Shown: one piece after another, positions 9,297 to 18,200 of the stretch
Layout of the letters: each line of letters starts with the position of its first letter
Numbering within the stretch: position 1 is the stretch's first letter
Origin: Patescibacteria group bacterium
GTDB taxonomy: Bacteria > Patescibacteriota > Minisyncoccia > Phycocordibacterales > Phycocordibacteraceae
Length of the DNA: 64,000 bases
Direction: 5' to 3'
Assembly (NCBI GenBank): GCA_004322365.1
Contig: SCTS01000005.1
Span: 67,697-131,696, forward strand
The notes under the pieces: model-generated
The model's database searches: none
Told to the model about the DNA's origin: nothing
What the model saw: only the letters and a program-made list of their open reading frames with translations
Translations under genes and position numbers: made by a program

Positions 9297-9764
9297 ATGC
9301 ATGATATGCATCTAACCCCAGAACCTACAAAACGAGGATCAAAGAACCCCCTGCTTTACTATTTTATTGCAGTACCACTAACCCTGCTTATGATAATTCC
9401 TGTTGTCATCGCAGATATCTTTTTTGAGATATACCACCAAATAGCCTTCCCCATATACGGAATACCCTGTGTAAAGCGCTCTCGCTACATACGCATCACT
9501 GACAGAGAAAAGCTTCCGTATCTTTCATGGTTTGAAAAGTTAAACTGCGCCTACTGCGGATATGTGAATGGATGGTTACATTATGCGTCAACTATCGCAG
9601 GAAGAACCGAGAGTCATTTTTGCGCAATAGCCCATCTAGAAACGCGTGGCTATATTCCATCGGAACACGAAAAATCTTTCATGAAATACGGCGATGACTC
9701 TGCACTTAAGAAACGCTACGACTCACATCATTTGAAGTACAAAGATACGGAGTCTAGTTCATAA
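9297..9764 (+). CDS. membrane-anchored hypothetical protein with CxxC motif
   Basis: TM segment, then EKLNCAYCGYVNG...FCAIAH. Confidence 0.75.
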   Translation: MHDMHLTPEPTKRGSKNPLLYYFIAVPLTLLMIIPVVIADIFFEIYHQIAFPIYGIPCVKRSRYIRITDREKLPYLSWFEKLNCAYCGYVNGWLHYASTIAGRTESHFCAIAHLETRGYIPSEHEKSFMKYGDDSALKKRYDSHHLKYKDTESSS

Positions 9765-10490
9765 CCTTGGTTCGCAATATTCTCTTGCTTGAATTTCAAC
9801 AAGCGTACCAGAAGGCACTGAATCAAAAAGCTCTACAACATCTTTATTCTTCATTCGAATACATCCATGTGAGGCAGGGCTCCCAATAAGACCTTCCTCC
9901 TGTGTTCCATGTATATAAATATAGCGAGCGTGCGAATCAACGCCTTCTCCTTTATTTATGTTTGGTTCTTCACCTTGAAGCCACATGATGCGCGTGGTTA
10001 CTACATCTTCAGAAGTGTCGATAGGATTTTTTATGATATCAACCACACGATCAGTCTGCTCGCGTGCAACAAACACCGCTCCTTCAGGTGCTCCATCTCC
10101 TATCTTTTCTTTTATCCTGTGAGTTCCCCACGGCGTTCTCTCGCTTCCTTTTTGTGTACCGACACCATTTTTACTTGTTGATACTGGATATATTTCTATA
10201 ATCTTGTTGTTTTGTATAACATAGAGTTCCTGCTTTTCTGGATTCACGACAATGGCATTCTCCTCGGGTCGGAGTCCAAACTGCGATGTTAGTTTGTGAA
10301 GACTCTCAGTAATATCTTTTAATGCCTCTTCCTTCCGAGCGCTCTCATTTGCTGTACGCACTACTTTCTCACCAACGACTCCTACAGCAACAGCTCCAGC
10401 TGTCGCTAGACCCCAACCAAGAAACCTTCTTCTGTTAAATCCTTTCTTATCAAGAGACTCTTCACTTGGTGTAAAAGAATTTTTATCCAT
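9759..10490 (-). CDS. L,D-transpeptidase (YkuD family) with twin-arginine-like signal
   Basis: IYIHGT...ASHGCIRM catalytic motif; NRRRFLG plus hydrophobic stretch at the N-terminus. Confidence 0.92.
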   Translation of the reverse strand: MDKNSFTPSEESLDKKGFNRRRFLGWGLATAGAVAVGVVGEKVVRTANESARKEEALKDITESLHKLTSQFGLRPEENAIVVNPEKQELYVIQNNKIIEIYPVSTSKNGVGTQKGSERTPWGTHRIKEKIGDGAPEGAVFVAREQTDRVVDIIKNPIDTSEDVVTTRIMWLQGEEPNINKGEGVDSHARYIYIHGTQEEGLIGSPASHGCIRMKNKDVVELFDSVPSGTLVEIQAREYCEPRL

Positions 10491-10499
10491 ACTATATTT

Positions 10500-11918
10500 T
10501 TACACAACCTGAATACTGCAGGTGTTTGTACTCCCTGTACTACCAAAAGGAAGTCCGGCAACCAGTATGAAGGTGTCCCCTTTCTTCGCACACTTTTGTG
10601 CAAGAAGCATTTGTTTTGCGAGCGCTATTGCATCTTCAAATTGCTTTACCCTACTTGTGTCCACAACAGGAATGACACTAAAGGAGATATTGAGTTGATG
10701 GGCAACAGCGACATGCGGAGTAAGTGCAACAATAGGAAGATGTGGTTTATGTCGAGCAAGCATGCGGGCAGTACTCCCCGTCTCAGTGAGAGCAACGATT
10801 GCCTTAGCACCAAGTAGATGTGCATCGTATGTTGCAGAGAGTGTTGTGACATCAGTCGCTGTAACTTCACTCATAGGGCGACGCTTTTCCATTGCTTCTC
10901 GGTAGAAATCGCTCGTCTCTGCCCGCATTGCAATGCTAGCCATAGTTCGAACAACAAGCGCGGGATCATCACCTACCGCAGATTCTTGCGAAAGCATCAC
11001 CGCATCAGTACCGTCAAAGACAGCATTGGCAACATCAGCAACTTCAGCTCTCGTTGGCACAGGACTCTCCGTCATTGAGTCGAGCATTTGCGTTGCGGTA
11101 ATAACCGGCTTGCCGAGCTTGCGACACATACGAATCATTCTCTTTTGAAGAAGTGGCACATCTTCTTTTGGTACTTCCACTGCTAAATCACCACGAGCAA
11201 TCATAATGCCATCGGTCACTGCGACAATCTCGTCTAAATTATCTATCGCCGCCTGCGTTTCAATTTTTGCAAAAATAAGAGCCTGACTTTTTTCCTTAAC
11301 AAGAATTTTACGGAGGTCAGTAATATCTTTTGCGGTTTGAACAAACGAAAGTGCCACCATGTCGACATTTTTGGTGAGTCCAAACGCAAGGTCACTTTTG
11401 TCTTTTGCGGTCATGGCACCAATAGGAAGCATTGCTCCGGGCACATTCACGCCCCGGCGACTTCGTATGTGACCACCCGCAACTACCTTTGTGTGAACAT
11501 CTGTTCCCTCAACCTTCACTACCTTGAGTATGTACTTACCATCTTCAAGCATAATGTTCATGCCAGCACGAACACAAGAAGGAAGAGACGAGAGACTCAC
11601 TGAAACAACCTCTTTATTCCCCACTACTTTTCGTGTGGTAATCGTAAACGCATCACCTTTCTTAAGTTCAACTGCACCTTCAGAAAAATCACCGATGCGA
11701 ATTTTAGGACCACAAAGGTCTTGAAGAATGGCAATAGGCTGGCCCGTTGAAGTGGCAGCACTCCGTGCATTATCTATCCTCTCTCCATGCTCTTGGTGGT
11801 CGCCGTGTGAAAAGTTAATGCGAGCAACATTCATTCCTGCATTGATCATGGCCTCAATGACTTTCGGGTGAGTACTCGCAGGACCAAGTGTTGCAACGAT
11901 TTTTGTTTGTTTAGTCAT
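10500..11918 (-). CDS. pyk: pyruvate kinase
   Basis: TKIVATLGPAS, ARINFSHG, AKIE, IMIARGDL and ATQMLDSM motifs. Confidence 0.98.
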   Translation of the reverse strand: MTKQTKIVATLGPASTHPKVIEAMINAGMNVARINFSHGDHQEHGERIDNARSAATSTGQPIAILQDLCGPKIRIGDFSEGAVELKKGDAFTITTRKVVGNKEVVSVSLSSLPSCVRAGMNIMLEDGKYILKVVKVEGTDVHTKVVAGGHIRSRRGVNVPGAMLPIGAMTAKDKSDLAFGLTKNVDMVALSFVQTAKDITDLRKILVKEKSQALIFAKIETQAAIDNLDEIVAVTDGIMIARGDLAVEVPKEDVPLLQKRMIRMCRKLGKPVITATQMLDSMTESPVPTRAEVADVANAVFDGTDAVMLSQESAVGDDPALVVRTMASIAMRAETSDFYREAMEKRRPMSEVTATDVTTLSATYDAHLLGAKAIVALTETGSTARMLARHKPHLPIVALTPHVAVAHQLNISFSVIPVVDTSRVKQFEDAIALAKQMLLAQKCAKKGDTFILVAGLPFGSTGSTNTCSIQVV

Positions 11919-12048
11919 GAAATGATTTTTTTTAATATACAACAAAACAACGTAACTATCTATTACTGCATACCATCTAGAAATGTATCCGAAGGTGACA
12001 TCTTTACTGAACGCGCAACAGACAAAATCACAATTTCCTCTGTATATT

Positions 12049-12096
12049 CCCCTGTATAGTATAATCTAACGGTCGTTAGATTATACTATACAGGGG
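12049..12096. repeat. REP-like perfect palindrome, family A copy 1
   Basis: CCCCTGTATAGTATAATCTAACG-GT-CGTTAGATTATACTATACAGGGG: 23-bp perfect arms; related copy at 30067..30106. Confidence 0.85.
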
Positions 12097-12122
12097 GAAG
12101 CGTGTAGTTATCACTGAAAAAT

Positions 12123-12156
12123 AAAAAACCGCCCTCTGTTTGAGGGCGGTTTTTTT
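12123..12156 (-). terminator. intrinsic terminator (symmetric A/T tails)
   Basis: AAAAAACCGCCCTC-TGTTT-GAGGGCGGTTTTTTT, downstream of 12207..12779. Confidence 0.8.
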
Positions 12157-12206
12157 CTTATCAGGACTAGTGCTAGTTCGACTTGAGAACGCAGAACGCT
12201 TCGTGC

Positions 12207-12779
12207 CTAGTGAGCTGTGTGGCCTGTGTAGGATTTTGCTGCGGACTGGAAATATGTTTCTCCATTGTCCGACAAATGAGCGACGAATGATTGAGCTTTA
12301 TCTTTAAGCAATCCATATGTTCCCTTAAGTCCTCCCCAGACGACACCTTGCGCAACCGCTAGAGCAAAAGCTCCTGCAATAACTGGTGTCATCAATTGTG
12401 CTCCAACTCTTCCCCATGGAGTTTGCCACTCAGAAATCTTTGATACGACACCACCCACATACATTTTCTTTGCTTTTTCCATTTCTGAAATTATAGTCGC
12501 ACCAACGCGAACTAACCAATGAAACGGTGCCAACACAACATCACCAGTTGTACCAAGCGCGCGTGCAGTACCATTTGAGAATTCATTCATTCCAAAAGAT
12601 GTCTGCTGAACATTTACTCCGCCAGTTTCTCCTGGTCTATAAACCAAATTTTGAGCCCTCCTTCCTTCGGAACCAAGATACCGCGGTATTGCAATACTTT
12701 CAGCTCGTGCGATAGGAGTCATTCTTCGTCCTCCGTACACCTCGTCATTGGCACTGTTAAATCTTTCTGGTGTAGACAT
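12207..12779 (-). CDS. hypothetical protein
   Basis: 190-aa ORF followed by a terminator; no motif recognised. Confidence 0.65.
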   Translation of the reverse strand: MSTPERFNSANDEVYGGRRMTPIARAESIAIPRYLGSEGRRAQNLVYRPGETGGVNVQQTSFGMNEFSNGTARALGTTGDVVLAPFHWLVRVGATIISEMEKAKKMYVGGVVSKISEWQTPWGRVGAQLMTPVIAGAFALAVAQGVVWGGLKGTYGLLKDKAQSFVAHLSDNGETYFQSAAKSYTGHTAH

Positions 12780-12964
12780 AATGATTTTATAAATTATAAT
12801 TCTGCTTTTTTTGTTAAGGAAGTACTATACTCTCAACGTGTAGCCTGTCAAATGCAACCTGAGCATACGCCGTCACTCATAGAAACCTTTCCCGCATTCA
12901 CATCTAATAAAATAAAAGTACTCCTTAAGTTAAGGTGCTCCGACCTTTTCTTTTCAAGAAAAAC

Positions 12965-13072
12965 TTATCGCAAAGGACACAAGCCAGCTGCGCACATTAT
13001 GCACTTTGGGTTATGTGCACATACGCACTTGCAATTACTCTCTGTCTCTACATTTGTTGATATGTTTTCCAT
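12965..13072 (-). CDS. putative Cys-rich small peptide (35 aa, metallothionein-like)
   Basis: Manual ORF MENISTNVETESNCKCVCAHNPKCIMCAAGLCPLR*, with 6 Cys and 1 His in the last 22 aa. Confidence 0.45.
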   Translation of the reverse strand: MENISTNVETESNCKCVCAHNPKCIMCAAGLCPLR

Positions 13073-13176
13073 GGATATTATTGTTCCATAATTGAACGGA
13101 AATGTCAATAGGTTTCGCTTCACCTAGAGACCGTGTTAGTGGCACACAAGTGATGAAGTAGATCCTTGCTGATATA

Positions 13177-14817
13177 TTAGGAAAAATGTAAGTTCGGCCA
13201 TTCGTCTTCAAGTTTTGAAACAAGAAAGTCGCCAGATACACGCTCCGGGAAAATAACATAGTCAGCTCCCGCTTCTTTAAGGGTCTGCTCTTGGTCAGCA
13301 TCTACTGTTCGAACTACCACTTGGGCTTTCACTTTTTTGATTTGGCACGCATCAAGAAGTGCCAAACTATCTCTCATTCCACTCGCGGTCGAAATGATAA
13401 GGTGCGCAGTTTCAAGTTGAAGATTTTCAATTATTTCAGGATCACTTATGTCACCATAGAGCGTGTGATATCCCTGATCTCTAAGTCGTCGAACCGTGGT
13501 TGGATTGTAATCTAGCACAAGCATTTCTATGTTCGCCTTTCTCAAATATTCAATAACTGCCTTGCCTACACGGTCTGCACCAATAACAACTACATGCTTT
13601 GAAAGCTGAGGAAGAATTGCATCAGGAAGCATGTCAACCGCTTCCCGACTTTGGAACCTCGCAACAAAAGGCTTCGTGAATCTATAGATGGACTCCGAAT
13701 GATTTATAAGTACAGACGAAATCATAATGGAGAGCACCGCGGAGCCCGCAATAACAGCAAGTGCCGACTCAGAAGCAAAGCCATGCTCAACAGCAAGGAG
13801 GACAATGATGAGGGAAAACTCCGACACCTGCGTCATATTTAAAGATGTATGGAAAAGAGTGCGTTTTCTGAATTTGAAAAAGCTTAATCCAAACAGATAC
13901 GCAAAAGGCTTCACGGAGAGCGCAAGTATTGTAAATCCAATAATCATCGGCAAGGAATCCCTAATACCCACAAGGTTGACTTGGGAGCCGATGTATATGA
14001 AGAACAACGCAACAAAAAAATCTCGGATTGGCTTTACTTTAGCTTGAATCTGGATTTGATATGGGGAAGAAGCAAGCGCAACGCCAGCAAGAAACGCACC
14101 AATAACAACAGAGAAACCAGCTAAAACCGCGACTGAAGTAAAAATGAAACACCAAGTAATCGCCGTTAAAAACAAAAGCTCAATGGATTTTGCAACGCCA
14201 TTAAATAATGTAGGTAGAATATAGCGAGATATAAGAAATGCGATACCAATCAACCCAGCTGCTTTGACTGCAAAGAGTGCAAGAGGTATCAGCACCGCTG
14301 TACTAAATCCATAGGAAATAATATTTTCCGTAATAGCAACCATTGCAATGATGGCAACCAAGTCTTCTATAAGAAGAATGCCTATGGAGAGCTTTCCATA
14401 GAGAGACGCTGTATCACGCTTTTCAGAAAGCATCTTCACGATGACAATCGTAGAAGCAAACGCGAGCGCGATACCTAAGACCCCAGCTTCTATTCCCGAA
14501 AAACCAAAAAATGTTGCGAGGGCAAAACCAGCCGCTGAAGAGAGAACAATCTGAAAAAGAGTTGCAAAAATAATCGGGCGACCCAAAGAGCGAATCTCAC
14601 TCAAATTGAGCTCCATCCCAATCAAAAACAAAACGAATGCAATACCTATCTCAGGCAGTGTATGGAGAATCGTTGAACCTGAAAAGCTCAACGCGGACAA
14701 TGCAACTCCTGCCAAGAGATACGCCATAACCAGAGGTAGTCGAAATCGCATCGCCACATACCCAATGACGCAGGCAAGCGAAAGCATAACGGCAAGCTCC
14801 ACAAAAACACTATCCAT
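13177..14817 (-). CDS. CPA2/Kef-type cation:proton antiporter with TrkA-N domain
   Basis: Many TM helices, EIGIAFVLFLIGMEL, GILLIEDL and GAFLAG; C-terminal HVVVIGADRVG...YGDISD. Confidence 0.92.
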   Translation of the reverse strand: MDSVFVELAVMLSLACVIGYVAMRFRLPLVMAYLLAGVALSALSFSGSTILHTLPEIGIAFVLFLIGMELNLSEIRSLGRPIIFATLFQIVLSSAAGFALATFFGFSGIEAGVLGIALAFASTIVIVKMLSEKRDTASLYGKLSIGILLIEDLVAIIAMVAITENIISYGFSTAVLIPLALFAVKAAGLIGIAFLISRYILPTLFNGVAKSIELLFLTAITWCFIFTSVAVLAGFSVVIGAFLAGVALASSPYQIQIQAKVKPIRDFFVALFFIYIGSQVNLVGIRDSLPMIIGFTILALSVKPFAYLFGLSFFKFRKRTLFHTSLNMTQVSEFSLIIVLLAVEHGFASESALAVIAGSAVLSIMISSVLINHSESIYRFTKPFVARFQSREAVDMLPDAILPQLSKHVVVIGADRVGKAVIEYLRKANIEMLVLDYNPTTVRRLRDQGYHTLYGDISDPEIIENLQLETAHLIISTASGMRDSLALLDACQIKKVKAQVVVRTVDADQEQTLKEAGADYVIFPERVSGDFLVSKLEDEWPNLHFS

Positions 14818-14911
14818 GTAGAGGATTATACTCTGAACAAGGCTCTATTAATACCTAAAGGTATGCAAAAGGAGTTTGCATTAACTCATTCGTCATTGGA
14901 GCGAACGCAGG

Positions 14912-15037
14912 TTACTTTCTTTTCTTTTTGCTTGTTTTTGCGGCGAGCATCACTTTCTTTGCCGCAAGGCGTTTTGCAGTTTTGTGAGGACTCTTGTGTT
15001 TCTTGAGCGAACTTACGCCATGACTGTTATTTCCCAT
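14912..15037 (-). CDS. small highly basic protein (41 aa)
   Basis: Manual ORF MGNNSHGVSSLKKHKSPHKTAKRLAAKKVMLAAKTSKKKRK*. Confidence 0.65.
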   Translation of the reverse strand: MGNNSHGVSSLKKHKSPHKTAKRLAAKKVMLAAKTSKKKRK

Positions 15038-15072
15038 ATGTATTTTTTATTAGTAAGTATGCCCCATTGTAC

Positions 15073-15173
15073 TACCTGCGGAGCATTCGAGCGAAATGAA
15101 TCCCGATCTTGTATCGGGATTCATTTCCGAGGATGCGAACGCAGGCAACCTTAGTTACCTGCGGAGCATTCGA
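15073..15173. repeat. structured repeat: 18-nt direct repeat plus long hairpin
   Basis: TACCTGCGGAGCATTCGA at 15073..15090 and 15156..15173; perfect 15-bp stem 15093..15107/15113..15127; GCGAACGCAGG at 14901 and 15135. Confidence 0.75.
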
Positions 15174-15252
15174 TAAAAAAGACGAGGTGAGATCAGTCAC
15201 GATTTTATGCCTTGCTCCGCTTGCAAGCCATATTAGTTGCACATACTCAAGA

Positions 15253-18200
15253 CTATCGAGCGGAAGAGGATTGTGACAAAGGCTGAGCTACTAAGTTTTG
15301 TATGAAAGCTATCGTTGCGGTGCCAAGTATGCCAGTTCCACGAGTAAGACCAAGAGGCGCGAGAATATCAGTAGCGTGCGCTTCCTGGAACTTAACTAAC
15401 GCGTTATAGGTCATTGGACCAAAGTGGTTCGTCTCACTCCCTAATGCACCACTGCCTCGCGGTGCCAGTATGAAACCTTGCGCGTTGAGAAATTTTTGTA
15501 ACTGGCGTACATCTTCTCCAATAGAACCAGCACGCAGAGAACGAGTAAATAGTGCCGTCTGAGAATTTACCGCGACTATATGTTTTTCTGGTGTGCTCGT
15601 TGCGACAGTGTTAGAGACGCTGTCGTTGTTTGTGTTCTTTGGAACAGAATACAGAGGCAGTGTAGGAGCTACTGATCCCTGACAACCACCTTCAGGCAGG
15701 CTACTGTTCCATCCTGGTGACATTGGACCAGAACACCAAAGGAGCCCACCACTTGTACTAGTGCTCGAACTGCTCGACGATTCGGTCGTACCAAACAAAG
15801 CAAAATCTGAAAATGCGGTCGTGCTGCATGTAACTGTTTTAGCTCCCGTGTCGACCGAACAGTCAGAAAGCGCACTCCATGTGGAACTATCGTAACGGTA
15901 GATAAGAAGCGATGTCTCAGTAATTCCAACTACATCGCTCGATGTATAGGAAAGCGTTACAGTAAGAGCGGTTGAAAATGTAGCGAGTGTCGTCGTCGCA
16001 TCAGTGAGTGCAACAAGGTTATATACGGTACTTCCTGCACGCGTCTTACCGCTCACCGTACCCGCAGAAGCAAAGAAAGACGTGCCGTCTAAAAGATGCG
16101 CTTGGAACGTTGCTGAGCTTGATGTTGCAGTGAAGGACGTTGGTACAGTGAGCGTAAGCCTGCCTTCTGTGAGTGTGCCTCCTGCTGTAGTTGTAATAGT
16201 ACCCGCGCCAGTCGAAGATACTACCGCCCCTCCAGTGCAACCGATTGTGCGAAATGTCGCGGCACTACTGGTTGCTGTATTTGATGAAGCGTCGGTGCTC
16301 TCAACATTGTAGTAATATCGCGCGCACGCTTTGAGTCCAGTCAACGTTACAGAGTGGCTCGTTGTGCGTGGTGAGGTGTCCGTCTCTGGCGTCGAAGTTC
16401 CATAACTTGAGATAATGCCAAAATTTACTTTTGTTGAAGCAATTTCGTCAGTCGTCCAAGTAATCGTTGCGGTGGTAGAAGCTGTTGTTGTGGCAACAGC
16501 CGAAATAGCTGTGCTCACATTATCTACAGTAAACGAAACGCTAGTCGAAGTTGCGTAGTTACTTGAAGTATCACGAGCAACCGCAAATGCACTGTGACTA
16601 GCACTGGTGGTTGCCGTTGAATCCCACACAATGCCGTACGTTGATGTGGTATCTTCACTCCCCTGCAACACTCCGTCAACGTAAAACGATACTCCTGCCA
16701 CACCAATAGTGTCGGATGCAGTTGCGGTAAGTGAGACGCTCGCACCTGAAACAGTAGCGCTCGCTGTAGGCGCAGTAAGCGATACAGTGGGCGCCGTCGT
16801 ATCAACTGTCGCTCCATACTCGTACGCACCAATATCAACCGACGCAACTCGCGCGCCACCACGCTGGTCGAGCGTTGGTACCGATATTGATCCGTTTGTT
16901 CCTCCATATCCGCTGTTAACGGCAATAGAAGAAGCGCTGGTAATGGCAAGTGTCTGTGTTTTCAAGACACCATTATCTGCAAGAGTAGAATCTAAGCTGA
17001 GAGTGCCACTGCCACCATTTGAATTAGTAAACGTGCCATCTCCAGAACCTGATGATCCTTGCAAATCGACATAGGTACTGGTAGCTACCGTTATGTTTGA
17101 ACTTGAGTATTTCCCAAAAATGTTCGCGCCATTGTCAGTATAGGTTCCTGAACTGCCTTTGTAGATATCGTAGAAAGAACCAGTAAGTGCAACGCCAGAC
17201 TTATAGTTGCTCGAAATTATATTGTTCTTGAGCTGTACGGTATAGGAAGTATCTGGACTAAACCAAAGACCTGCTCCATTTGCCGTCCCGCCGTTTTGAA
17301 TATCGTTATACGCAATAGTGGAGTTGGTAATGCTACCGCTACCGCTCCTGTATGCCACACCACCACCGCCAACAGTGGCAGACGACGCTTGTTGTGTGTT
17401 GAATGCAACAGTTGAATTAGTAATGTTCATCGGGCCCGTAGTGGTGGTACCACTCCACAATCCACCTCCCTGAGAAACACCCGTGTTGTATGAAATCGTA
17501 CTGTCGATAACCGTGAGCGAACCACCGTTTGTAGAATCCTGCTGAGCTACGCCACCACCATACCCGTTAACATAATTGTTCGTGATGAGCGCTCGCTGTA
17601 TTGTTGTCGTGCCTTGACTATAGATACCACCACCCGCAGAACTTGAACTCGTGATACGTCCATGTCGGATAGTAACATCATTAAACGTAACCACTTTCCC
17701 AGTCGATGTCGTGAACACACGTCGATCACCGGTGGTAGAAGCGGTCGCAGACTGAATGATGGTACTGCTGGCGCTTTGTCCCTGAATAATCAACTCTTTG
17801 CCGATAGTATACCCACTAGTCGCTATGTCCCCTGTCTCTCCTGCATCCGTCCATGTGAATGTGCCCGTAAGATTGAGCGTGTCACCAGCGCTTGCGGATG
17901 TATATCCTTTGTGAAAGCTCGCATACGGGGTACCTGAAGAACCATCTCCCGTCGAATCGTTACCGGTCGAGCTGTTTATATAGAGCGTTGTAATAGTATG
18001 CGATGCTTGCGTGTTTGGGTTGTTCGACGCAGTCGCAGTCTGATATACCTCTGTTCCTGAGGTTACGCCGTTATACTCAAATACTTGAACGATATATGTT
18101 GTGGCACCAGTGAGCCCTGTCACCGTGACGCTCGAGCCTAGTCCTTCATATATTGCGTACCAACCAGACGAACCAATCTGTGTTCCTGAGCCAAAAACTG

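Noticed and set aside
12651-13091. 146-aa plus-strand ORF from the track
   Set aside because: Overlaps the 12207..12779 gene antisense, has a non-ATG start and no protein-like features; the minus-strand Cys-rich ORF fits the gap better.
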